Shown here: positions 10,997-22,599 of the stretch, one piece after another
Position numbering within the stretch: the stretch's first letter is position 1
Layout of the letters: the number at the start of each line of letters is the position of its first letter
Assembly: GCA_037447605.1 (NCBI GenBank)
Contig: CM074811.1
Span: 868,001 to 932,000, forward strand
Direction: 5' to 3'
DNA: 64,000 nt
Source: Zygnema circumcarinatum SAG 698-1b
Lineage: Eukaryota; Plantae; Zygnematophyceae
Position numbers and translations under genes: made by a program
The notes under the pieces: generated by a model
What the model was told of the DNA's origin: nothing
The model's input: only the letters and a program-made list of their open reading frames with translations
The model's database searches: none

Positions 10997-13564
10997 GATA
11001 AAATATCTTCCCTCTCTCCAACCTCACACGGGACTTCACGATGGCATCATAGCCAAAACTGGTCCTAAACCGTCCTCCCCCACTTTCGCTCTCGCTCCTT
11101 TCCCCCCACTCCTTTCACTCCCTCTCCACTCTCTCTCTTTCTCACAACACATGTTGTTGTTTTTGCCTTTTCCAGGACTACCAGAGGAGCATCCCATTCA
11201 AAGCCAAATGTAGATATCCTCAAATTGGGATTTCGCGTACTGATATCGTCTTTTCCACTCGCAGACCCACCGGACCCCCTCCTCCGCCAATAGAGGGGGA
11301 AACTGACACAAGGAACGTCCGTACAGTTCAAAGTTTGCCCAGCATCGACCTTCCTAGCTTCTCCAACTTTGAGGATTCAGAGAGAGACTTCTCCACCTCC
11401 ATAGAGAATTCACGTCACATAGGAAACGGAAATAGTCGCATCGATTCGATGGGTTTTTTTCCAAAGGGATCAGTCTCCCTCCCACCCTCTCTCCCACCCT
11501 CTCTCTCATCTCCTCTCCCAGCTCCTATTCTAAGGGGTGATTCTCTGCAAGGACAAGCTGAGATTGAGCTTTACCCTCCCATGCAGTCAGTCATGCTGAC
11601 CAATCTTTACTCACAGAGAGACTTGGAATATGTGGTAAAGAACGACTCCTTTTTCTTTGTAGCTATTGTTCCGGATGTGCCTTCGATTCCGGGGGAGCAG
11701 GCAGAGGGTGAGACAGACTCAGATTTACGGAATTTTCTGAACCAGGAACATGGAACCGGCAGAGCAGATAGAACAGAGTTAGATTCGTCATGTCACATGA
11801 TCGTTGTGAAGCCAAAATTGGACGCCCTTCGAGCCCACAAGGCAATGATTCTGAAGCAGAAGTATGTGGAAGAGCATATGACAATATATAACAAGCGAAA
11901 TCCGTGTGAAAAATATACGATCAACCTTCGAATTACAGCGGGCCATCTTCGTAATTTTTTTGCAGCACCAGGGTATGTAACTCTCTAAGAAACCTGCAAA
12001 TCCCCAATAGCTTTAATTCCTGCCTTTATTTGTAGGTAACTTGATTATGTGAACCCCCTTGAAGCCTTTAAGACTAAACCAAAACTAAAACTAAACCAAA
12101 AGGAAGAAATGGAACAATCTTAGACCGCTAAACCGAACTCTATATTCCTTTTAAATGCTCATCTTTGCAGGCCAAAAAGTTCCCATCCCTTTAGCGGGTT
12201 GGAGCTCTCCATCACAAAGTTTTTGAGCTCCTTCAATGCCTTCACAACGCAATATTTTCCTGATCTTTGCCGACCTCCCGTGGGGCCCACTAATAGCAAA
12301 TTAAGTGGAAATTCAGGAAAAGTGTCTTCAAAATTTAGCATTCAGACACTGAATTTGAGCAATATTTCCAGTACCGAAACAGGTCATGGAGATTCCGTGA
12401 ATATGGGGGAGAGGGAAGCTGTAGGCTTTCCATATGCAGTTCTACATGTGTTGGAACTAAAGCTTGAAGAGCTTTTCCGTTCAACTGAAGGATGCCAAGT
12501 GTACAGTGCTTTGTACTTCGACTTCCATTATCTCACAGGTTTGTATGTGACTTAATCAAGGCCCTGAAACTTACCATTCCTTGTTCTGAACTCCTAAAGT
12601 TAACCCTCTTCTCAATCTACCAATAAGCACTGCTTGGGCCCAATGACGACCCGTTTTAAAAGCTATAAGCTTCCCAAAATTTCTATCCTGAAACTTTCCT
12701 TCGTTTTTTTAATGCTCCCTCCAGAGTAGAGTTTCCATGAATCTTTCCATGAAACTGTGGGATTTCAATCTTGTAATTTTTGGGGTTTCAGATGAGCTTG
12801 TGTTCTACAGTCTGAAGGAGAGGTGGAGCCGAGATGGGGGAGCCTTGGAGCTGACTTCCACCCAGTTAGCAAAACTCCTCTATTGTGTGCTTTTCCAGAC
12901 TCAGGTGAAACCCTAATTCCGTACAAAACCCTCTCGAACTGACAGCGAAAACTGTGCTAAGATTGTTCTGGGTTTGAAAGGAAATTTAGGTTTATGGAGA
13001 GTGTTAGGGTTCTGGCTTCTTACGGTTCAATTCCTATGCGGTTTTGGAGGAGTGGGAAAGGCTGTTTTTCTTAACATTTTAGTCAATTTGTGGATTGATT
13101 GAATAGCTGATTTGGTGCTTGATTACGATTAAATAACGGGTCTGCCTCTCCCACTGCAGGTCTTCACTTTCTGCCTCGAAAGCTGTCTGCTTTTTGGGGC
13201 ATCAAGAACTGAAGCTGTTGAGGGCAACATGGAAACAGACATAGAGCTGCGACGGGAGAGGTCTGCGAGACAATATGAGGGAGAGGAAACCGTGAGTCCC
13301 ATATCTCGCGGAAAAGGAAGGAATCACGGCGTGCCAGGTGGCACCGGGGGGAGAGGTGATTGGAGGGTGATGTTGAGAGAGGGTGAGCCGGAGTGTGTAC
13401 CAAAAAGTTCTTTCAAAATTTTAGAAGAGTGGGGGGCTCAATTGAAACATTTCGTCTCGTACTTTTCGGACCTAAGGGATGACCTCGTGCATCTTCGAGA
13501 ACTCGATGAAAAAGTACAGAGAGCTGTGGTCATGTGTAGACGCTCTCTCTCTGGGAGTAACTAA
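60..13564 (+). CDS. Very large multi-exon uncharacterised protein with repeated beta-rich Ig-like (ASH/PapD-like) domains; 5' end lies outside the window
   Basis: Phase-compatible GT-AG exons include 60-220, 923-1627, 1829-1924, 2406-2513, 2644-5215, 5308-~6567, ~7200-7271, ~7336-8007, ~8309-9296, ~9530-9695, 10151-10360, ~10822-10881, ~11177-11972, ~12170-12540 and ~13160-13564 (stop after CRRSLSGSN). They cover the 911, 423, 363, 313 and 217 aa ORFs. Recurrent motifs such as LDMGYCY..LRLENL, IDLGRV..FTVSNPS, VDLGKIG..VKIRNIS and FNLGQQN resemble ASH/Ig-like repeats. The gene is well supported; the domain label is tentative. Confidence 0.75.
524..830 (+). repeat. Intronic 27-bp CT-rich minisatellite, about 11 copies of CTCTTCTTCTCCCACTCTTCTCCCTCT
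   Basis: The unit can be read directly. It lies in intron 221-922 and explains the overlapping low-complexity ORFs at 352-948. Confidence 0.9.
2175..2403 (+). repeat. Intronic (CCCT)n/(CCT)n simple repeat running directly into a splice acceptor
   Basis: About 230 bp of ccctccct ending in cccag|GATGTTATG at 2405/2406. Confidence 0.9.
6715..6915 (+). repeat. Degenerate 6-bp periodic AACCCT/AATCCT telomere-like tract in an intron
   Basis: Runs such as aaccctaatcct, aactctaacccc, aatcctcactctaatcctcatcct and aaccctaaaccctgaaccc. Confidence 0.55.
10936..10994. repeat. Compound (TG)n-(TA)n microsatellite in an intron
   Basis: gtgtgtgtgtgt followed by about 20 TA units. Confidence 0.95.
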
Positions 13565-14428
13565 CGCAGGAATTCCGTACCAGTGGAGATTCTATTCAAT
13601 ATTACAATTCTTTCTTTACCGCTGTCAATTCGTTTCATTGACTTAGTGGAGACTCCAAGTTTTGGAGGCAAACCGCATTCAAATAAGGACGACCTGTCTA
13701 CAAAGAGGACTCCAGGATCAAGGATTTGGAAGAGTCCAAAAAAAAAGGGTGAGATGTACGCCCCATTATAAGGGGGTTTTGTGTATTGCTAGAAGATTGG
13801 CAGTACTGTTAAACATCAAGCCATTGCATGTACATTTTCTGCTTGTTCTAGGGAATGCGTTATTTGTAAGTCATAGCATCAGTAGCAATGCCCATGTCTC
13901 AATGTGTAGATGTGCGATTTGTTTAGTCTGGAGTTCATAATGTTTACTTACAGTCTTATCCCTAAAATCCCAAAACGAGCCTCATTGTTGGGTTCGTGAT
14001 CGTGCAATTTATTCCCTCTGTTGGTCAAAGATTTAACCACTTCACGTTTAGAGAGAGAGAGAGAGACAGGGAGACGTCACATTCAACGAGCGATGACGAT
14101 TTCGTGGCAGCTGCAATGTAACGGAATGTACCAGTTGATGAGGCAACTTGTGCAAGCATTTCGCATGTGTTGAAGTAAAACAAAAGCCGAGTGACATACA
14201 GGAACAGGCCTTGCATACGTGAGCACTATTGGTTTACCAATTTATCCGCAGATGGGAAATGGAATCCGCAGATTAGTTGGTACTTTGAAAAATAAAAAAC
14301 ATCGGTACACACTGAATGAGGCCTTCGACATCTGACATACATGAGAACGACCCTACCTCCCTGTAGATTCTGAAAAAAATTGAGCTGCAGATTGAAAACT
14401 TCTGCCTCCCTCTCTCACAACTGGAAAA

Positions 14429-15570
14429 TCAGGAGTCGTCGAAAAGCACTCCAACTAATTTACAAGAACAAAGGGCTCCAGTCAAGTTCGTCTGTCCCAT
14501 TTCTGCTCTACACAACAATGACATTCCGTCTTGTTCACGAATACTTTTGCACAGCTGCAAAATACTTTTGCTCGTTCAAATGTATCTGATTTCTTGCAAA
14601 GAAAGGCAGCAGGGTTACTCCTCCTTACTTGAAAGAGCTGTGGGGGAAGTCGTTGGGTTAAACAAAGGTTCACTCTCTGACAAATCCTTCATCCGGTTTC
14701 CCTGCAGAGCATAAAAAAAAAATATTCCATTACAGATGGTCCTCAAATGTGCTAAGTCCCAAACAAGCGACAGTTCAAAGGTTCAGAACAGATTCTTTGT
14801 AGTCTTCGTGTGGGAAAATTCTGTAAGGAAATCCGGAAGAACATCACACCTCTTTGCTCGTCTTCTTAGAACTGGGCTTGTATGGACAAGCCGGAGCGTC
14901 TCTGACGGGAGGAACGTACTCTTTCCCGGCTAAACGGAATAAAAAGGTCTGCACAGAAGGTAAGGAGAAGTAGACATAAGCACGACAGTCTGACAGTATT
15001 TTATACTTTCTAGTCGACATAATTACCATAGCGGAAGAAAAGTGGGATGGGTTTCTGAGGCGATCTCCACAGAATTTACACATGTATGCGACTTACAAAC
15101 AAGGAAAATGACCGAATTAAGAAGAATCTATGAGGATGTAGAGTTATTAGAACTTACCATCATCTTGTCCCATAGATATGGGAGAGCTTGGATAAGGGGA
15201 AGGAGGAAGAGAGGAAGTAGGCACACAATGCAAACCTGTAAGTCATGCAATAAGTAATCTGAATTAGAAAAGAAACATCGATCAGGTATCGGCAAATGCA
15301 TAATCATTTACAGACAAGATTAGCTCAGCAAATCCTGCTCAGAATGACGGAATCGTTGATTTAGTAGGATCATTAATCCTTCCCACCCTGAGAAAAAACA
15401 TCCTTAATTTGCTGCATCAGAACAGTCTCAGTACGTTCATGGCGCTGAACGGTGGGTTAAAAAGCATGACGTATGCCTCCTTGACCTAACAATGGATAAC
15501 GTCCAAAATGAAAGCATATTCTTTCTAAATCCGAAATGGTTTTAATCAAACATCCGCATTTCCTCACCAT
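14429..15570 (-). CDS. Small (~92 aa) membrane protein of the C18orf32/UPF0729-like family
   Basis: Exons: 15568-15570 (ATG only, gcagccATG|gtgagg), 15158-15235 (VCIVCLLPLFLLPLIQALPYLWDKMM), 14850-14948 (TFLFRLAGKEYVPPVRDAPACPYKP...), 14629-14701 and probably 14429-14454. The MVCxxCLLP start and PPACPYKP motif match the plant C18orf32-like family as recalled. The last exon is less certain. Confidence 0.8.
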
Positions 15571-17661
15571 GGCTGCACCTTCGATGACAGCTCCGTGCCC
15601 TAATTTCTCAGCCCTCCTCCAAAAGCTTCTCTGTAACCCTAATTCTGAGCATCCCTTTCCGAGAGCCTTGAATTGGGAACATACACGTGTCCAGTTACAG
15701 CCCGTAAAACTGTAAGCCGAACTTTGGTTCAACGGAACTACCACAGCTGACGCCACTCTGATCCAACCAACTGCCAACGATTGCGAACCAATTTGCCATC
15801 CAACCATTGGCAAACAACCGATGGTAGCGCCATTGTTTGTTGGGCCAATGGTTAAGATCAATGGTTGGACCCATGAGCTATATCGCGCCATTTCCGTACT
15901 GAAAAACCGCGAGTGAAAAACTGAAAACCAGAGGTGGGACGATGACGACAGCACGACGTCGATGTGAAGCGGGCAATGACGTCATCGACATGTCTTGGGA
16001 ATGGCGTGCGTCTGTCAGCTGCTGACAGGCGGCCATGGCGGAGCGTGGACCTGCCCGGCCATCGCTTCCGCAGGACTGTCACCTTTGAAGAATCTCTGCC
16101 GAATGGAGGCTTTACTGAATGTCTCGTCTTTGTGCTTCTTTCAGTCTTTCAGACGCACAATGACGGCTTCCAGAATGTCGTTTTTTGGTGGAACAGAAGC
16201 CACCAAATGTCAAAAGGAATGAAAGGGCAGGAAGATAGCGTTCATTGAAGCAAATTTTGCAGCAATATTTTGGATTTTTTTCAATCTTGCAGCGGTATTT
16301 GGAGGCCTGCTGTTCAGTCGAATTTGAGGGCAATCAGATAAAAGACTTATAGCAATATCACTGGTTGTCAGCATCACTGTGGTGATTAGGATTTTTTGAT
16401 TTCTTAGTTAAGGTTTTCTTAATCAGGACAGTGGAAATTGGCTCAAAAGTTGTTCGTTCATTGACATTCAGAATGCATCGACCGTTTGAAGCTCAGCAAT
16501 CACGGCTCAATTTTCTTAGACGTGACGCTCCTTGGCGAGCGCTTGCACCTGGCGGATTTGTAATCGTCATCCTTTTGCTCCTGCAGAGTCGGTTGATTCT
16601 AGAAGAAAAACGGAACATAGAAAAGCTCGCTACTAACTGGCAGCTTCCGACAGGCAATGAGAACATTGGTGATGTTGTATCGGATATACAACCGCATCAT
16701 CGAAGATCTCTCAAGCAAGTCTTTTCCTTAATGCAGCAACACATTAACCTGGGAGTGCTGGAAACTGAGATACAAGTGAGTGGCCAGGAAGCCGAGGCTC
16801 ATACTGCCGGAGTCCTCACACAGTTCAATGTTCAAGTTGAATTTGTCGGAGTCCAAGGATCTGTGCCGGACCGCATCACATCATTTGTGTCGGAGCTCTT
16901 TTGCAAGCTTGGGAAAAAATGTTCAGGGTAGCGTTGCCATTCGATTCAGGCAGGCATACTTGCATTGTGAAATCTCTTCTCTGCTGCGATGACAGCTGAA
17001 TGGATGGGCGTTCCCTTCCATCCACTTCAATTATCGTAGTTAACAGCTTTCGACTCCATGCAAGATTTGTATTTTCTGAAGCCTTCGTAGGCTGCTCCTG
17101 CGGTGAAGAGCCTTCATCATGCTCCGATGCAATTGAATGGGAGTAGCAGTAATCGTCTTTATCATTCACAGTATATTAGTATTAGTGTTTGCTAGGGTTT
17201 GTAGGTTGAGGCCCTACCTCTCCAATCGTTTAAGACTCTCCAGCATAGGGAGCTTGAGATTGCATGTGCTCTGGAAGGAACTTGTCTGCTTTCAAGCCAA
17301 CACTGTGAATACAAGCCTCCTCATGGAAGCAGATGAGCATTCATTCGTGATCCATATAGTTGAAAACGTATGGGAGAAAACAGTGAGAACTATTTCATGA
17401 TTACTGCATCTCTCTTCAAATACATGGCAATGAACCTTCTCTCCTCTGCAAAAACGTCTCCTTTAGAGCTGCCTGAAAACCCCGGCAGCACAAACTTCCC
17501 ATCAATTGTTCTCGCCCTAATGCCGATGCAAAATTGTGACTTCAGTTCCCTTGTCTTCACTCTTCACACAAATTTCGACCATTATTTATGTCAGCCCTCA
17601 GAGCCTTGAAATGTTTCAGACTCCTTCAGGTTTTGTGAAGCTCCGGCAGAAGCTCTCTTTT

Positions 17662-20600
17662 TCACGCTCCAAGAAGATTGTTGATCTCCCCAATAATGTT
17701 GACTGGCCGCCCATCGTAGCCTTTCTTCAAAGTCTCCTCAACAAGGGCTTTCACCTCCCTCGTCCTCTTGATAGCAGCTTCCTGCAGGCACGAGACAAAA
17801 CTCTATACCTTAGAAAACAGCACATTCAAATCCACACATTTGCTAAGACGTTTCTTCTGAAAGCAATGAACAAGCAAATACTCAACCAAACAAGGGAATT
17901 TGGCTCGTTTTAGAAGGGTATATGGGCTCACCTGCTTGGGCCACGTGGCACTCAACGAGTTGCGAAGCTCGAGGCGCTTCCCTTGCAGCCCTTTGAGCCC
18001 CTCCGTGAGCTTCACCTCCTGCCCCCTCTTCTGCTCCAAGGATTCCGCCAACCGCTCCACAAATCTGCATGGAATAATAAACCAAACATACATCCATTAC
18101 GGCATGGGACTTAAGGACCTTAGAGTAGTATTCAGTTTCTTTCTAGTTTTATGATTGGTGCAACAAACCCTTCCGTGTTACCCTTAAACAAACTCAAGAA
18201 AATTGCTTACCTAGGTGATGTCAGGATCAGCAAAAGGTCTCGTGTTTTCTTTGAGGTCATAATCTCGATTGTCTTCCCCAATGCGGCCTCCATCGCCCCT
18301 AAGGAGTCTAGGCCATGCTGTTGCACTATTGGAGGGGCCCCTGCAAGCAGTTGGCTCTGCAAAGCAGAGCTTTCCTCTCTCCCCATTTCTGATATCCTCT
18401 GGCGAAGGAAGGCACGGAGCTGCATAGAGAGGAGGACTCGCCTTTGAATTAATGCCTTTGCTATGACGATAGACAAAGCTTGACCTAGCTAAGAAAGGAG
18501 AAGCTAGAAGCTAAGAAAAAACCTCAAAAAAATCAAAAGGATGTCTTAAGGAGAAGAAGCTCTCAGCGTGCGGCGGCTGTAAACGAGGAAGCCTTTACAG
18601 GCTTGTTCTGTAGAGAGACTCACCTCAAAAAGGTCATCTAGTACTCGGTTTCGGTATTCTGTGTCAACCAATGGAGAGATGATAATCTCCTCTTTCACCC
18701 TCTCCCTCCCTCCCACGCTCTCTCCCTCTTGCCCCTCCACTTCAGACACCTCCCCCTCTACTCCGCTCAAATCCACATCCCAATTAATTTGCAACGGCCC
18801 ATTTCCTTCCGCTCCATCTTCTCCAGATGCTATTTCTATGTCCCAATTTATTCCGAGCCCACCTCCCCCTTCACTTATTCCGGACAAACTCTCTCCAGGG
18901 ATCATACCTAAATCCCAATTTATTTCTGTAGCTGTTCCGGTCTGATCTGACAGATCTACCGCTCCAATATCCCAACTAATAGATAACTCACTTTCCCCCA
19001 CTTCTTTCCGGATCTCTCCCTCAGTCGCTCTGCTCTCTGCCTCTGAAACTCTCTCTCCCTCCTCTCTCGCTCGCCACTCTCCCTCCCCTCCTGCCTCCAG
19101 TTCTCCGCATTCTGTTTCTCCTCCAAGATCGATATTCCAATTAATAGCAGGCGCTTCTGCTCCACTCTCACCTATTTGCATGTTACTTTCACCTGACATT
19201 TCTGTTAGATTTCTGCTGAAGTCTTCTACCCCAACATCATCTTCTGGTAATGCCCCAAATTCAGTTGTTGGAGGGTTTGCTCTTAAATCCATCAGAGCTG
19301 GTAGAACCACAACGTCCTCCCTCTGCATGAGAAATTCCGTACAATGACTGCCTACATGAGACCTATTCAGCATTCTATCGTTTGACTCCATAACTTAGTG
19401 GTTTCCGGGCCTACTCAATGTACCTTTCAAGCACGGAAGTTTGCCAGAACGATGATGGAAGAAGAATATCACATGCCTTAGTGACTTAACCTTTCAAAAT
19501 TTCAAACATGAGGGTCATTGTTTAGGCTACAAACATGCGGTTCAAAAAAAAAAAATAATTCCCTTTTGAGGATTTAAGGAAATGTCTGCTTGCTTTGCCT
19601 ACCTTATCTTCACTATGTGCATACTCCACAAAGGCTTTGTAATATGAGGAAGCCTCTCCCACTTCATCCCCGCACACGCACTCGACGAAAGTCCGGAACA
19701 CATCTGGAAGCTGCTTTTGAAGGGCTTTCAACTCCTGTCTCACATTCAGTCCCTGCAATACGAGTGCGATCTGTAAGAGAGGTGTTGCAGAAGAGAGGGG
19801 GAGAAGAAGAGGAAGGGAAGGAGATCGGAGAATGGGAGGGAGAAAACCAGAAGGAGCTAAGGAGGGAGAGAGGGAGACAGGAGAGACGGCAAAAAAGAAG
19901 GAAGGGAATTTGCTTTTTCCATCTCAAAAAGTGGTACATGCTATACGCTACAGTGGAGAAAAATTCTGCTCTTAGAACAACATCCTGTTCACGAAAGGAG
20001 AAATTCCTCACCGCGATGCCCAGTTCTTGACAGGCCTGCTTGTACTTCTGCGCTGACGTGGCAGCGTTCCGCCTGTATTCCGCCTCCCTCCTCTCCAAGT
20101 CCGCCAACTGTTGCTGCACTTTTGCGACTTGCTGCCGCAAGTGCGGACTGCACAAACGAAAAAGAGCCTTCCAAAATCAACAAAGACAAGTGGTATTCCT
20201 GATCTCAGCTACATAGAACCTAGAAAAAGAAGATTTTATGATTGGTTAGATCCTGACCTTGAAACAGGAATTCAACATTGCTTTGTGGAATCTGATTGGC
20301 GGGCTTGGACTCACATTTCATAGTTGGTGTACTGCACCAAAACTTGGGCTGCTTCCCCTAAGAACACTGAATCCTTCGTATAAGCCCTTACGATAACATC
20401 CCATGAACCCTGCCTTCGGTCACACGTGACGACAAAAAGAAATCAGCCTTTTTCACTCTGCTGTTAACCAAGGCCTACCCCTGAAGAGGAGAATCAAAGA
20501 AAGGAACGGGCGGGGGGAATAGAGGGAACTGTCAAAAAAATCATTGGGGCTTTAATATATTGCTGGGGGTAAGATATGATGGCATAGTTCTATGTTCTAT

Positions 20601-21962
20601 GCAGAGGAGAAGCCTCACAGCTGCCCCTGCAAGGCCTCCAAAGAGAGTGCGAGCCTCCGGATTGGCTTTGGCGAGGATGTCCCGCACTCTCAACGCTTCC
20701 ATGTACGCAGTATCTGTTCGGATCCGTGCGCAGCCATGGAACTGAGCCGTTTCAGGCCATTGCAAAAGAGAGGCAGGCTGGCATGCTTCCTTTTGTGAAT
20801 GCTTTTATAAAAACGAAGAAAGAAGGGGGGAGACAGATTGGAGGGGTACGGCGAGGGGGAGGAGGAGGAGGGGGAGGANNNNNNNNNNGGGAGGGGGAGG
20901 GTGAGGGGAAGGGGGAGGGGTGAAAAGTGGGAGGAAAAGGGAAAGGGAGAGAAAGAGTTTGGATGAAGAATGCATGTTCTGAGAGCATGGACTTACTCTC
21001 TGATGAAAGAGAGAGAAGCCATGGATCCACTTCTCTCGGCAAAGTCTGCAGCTCCTTCGCGATTCGCGCGTGAATTGGTGATAATCGCTTGCGCCAATCA
21101 AGAGGAATCTTTTTCCGGTCAACGAGCCATTCTGATGGACTCAAAACAAAGTGACTCCCTCGTCAGACTGCTTCGGGAACCTCCCTCAGTCCTTCATAAC
21201 AGTAGACATGATGGATACCACATGTTTAATTACACAACGAATGTAAAAGATGTGTACAAATGCGTGCACTAAGTCGTCAGGACTAAATAGGCTCATCATA
21301 ACTAGAATTTTAAAGCATTCTTCAACGTATCTTGTAATGTAAGTGCGGTTAAAATTTGAATGAGAGATGAATCTCTCTTGATTGAATAACCATTAAGGCG
21401 GCTTTTCCTATGCCTCACTTTGCATGGAAAAGGGTTTGGATGTCTACACACGAGCACTGCATGTGCGTTTGTAGGTATGTGAATGCAAGCGTTATATGTT
21501 GTTGATAAGTTCCTTCAATGTGCACCTCCTTTATGCAAAGGTATGCATGTATAAGGTTGTATGTCTATATGTAAAAAAATGCACTTGCAAGCAGCAGCAC
21601 GTGATAAAAAATTTCAATAAACTCTACTAGTAAGCCTTCACCAGAAGACAAGGGGAGCATAGTCCTTCAATAGACAAACAACTCCTCCATTCCAAGCACA
21701 AAAGCAAAGCTCTACTGCCACGGAATGCATGGAAACAGATCCCAACTGATGGCCTTTCTCGCATCATTGATCATTCAGTGAAGCAGTGAGCATCTTCCCG
21801 AGGCTCTGTTCGGTTTTAGGGTTGTGTGGAGCAGCAGCAGGAGGTGCTGCGGAAGCAGAGAGGCGGGGGCGTGCCTGTGAGGCGCGAGTAGAGGATGTCG
21901 ACCGGCAGCTGCCTCTCCTCAAACTGCGCTCCCTCTGCCGCCGTCTCTATTTCCATCGCCAT
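17662..21962 (-). CDS. CDK5RAP3: CDK5RAP3/C53, UFMylation-associated ER-phagy receptor
   Basis: Spliced translation: [29 protein letters not shown]|[17 protein letters not shown]...; [32 protein letters not shown]; [25 protein letters not shown]; an acidic linker with IxWD motifs; [11 protein letters not shown]; and C-terminal [16 protein letters not shown]. All are hallmark C53 motifs. Confidence 0.95.
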
Positions 21963-22068
21963 GGCGCCTGCGACCGATGCAGCTCAAGCAGCTGCCAAGT
22001 GTGGTGTGAGGTCTGCACTCAAGGCCTCCCTTCTGAAGTCCCTCCTGTCCGTACACATTCAAACATCC

Positions 22069-22143
22069 CCTCGTGGTTCGCCATGCTGCTTTTGTCCGTG
22101 TAGATACAGATTTTGATGGCCTCGCCATCGTGAGTTCAATGCC
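22069..22143 (+). mobile_element. Orphan 3'-terminal remnant of the CRE-like retroelement (copy 1)
   Basis: cctcgtggttcgccatg...tttgatggcctcgccatcgtgagttcaa aligns with the 3' end of the element at 29626-29700 (minus strand). Confidence 0.65.
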
Positions 22144-22334
22144 ATTTTCCCGTTTGTTTTATTTTTCTTAAACTAAAAAAAATTACATACATATACTCTA
22201 TACCTAGTCATCTTTTCCAGTAAATAGATACAAACAAAAACAACCAAGTCAATATTCCATCATTTTGTGTATCCAATGGTGATATCTTATCTATTTGATA
22301 TTCTATTCAATGCCATTTTCTCCTTTTTTTTTTG

Positions 22335-22517
22335 TCTATATCTCCTGATTATTTAGAGTGTATGAAATGCATTGTAAGAGAGAATTTGGCACAACATAAA
22401 ATATTACCTACAAAACCGTCTCACTTAGAAGTCAACTATAAAACACTCAATGCAGTACTATTATACGACCCTTGCCGAATTCAATTTGATTATCAAATTG
22501 AACTTGATCTTTTCTAA
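22335..22517 (+). pseudogene. rps4: Mitochondrial rps4, 3' part (SISPDYL...PSHLEVNYKTLNAVLLYDPCRIQFDYQIELDLF*)
   Basis: Carries the typical mitochondrial Rps4 C-terminal motif P.HLEVNYKTL.AV.LY.P and the stop codon. Confidence 0.85.
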
Positions 22518-22599
22518 TATGATATGAATGGAAACACAAGCGTGATATACTGCGACAAAGGTAGTATACTCGACCTGTAAGCTTACTAGCTTGTTTACA

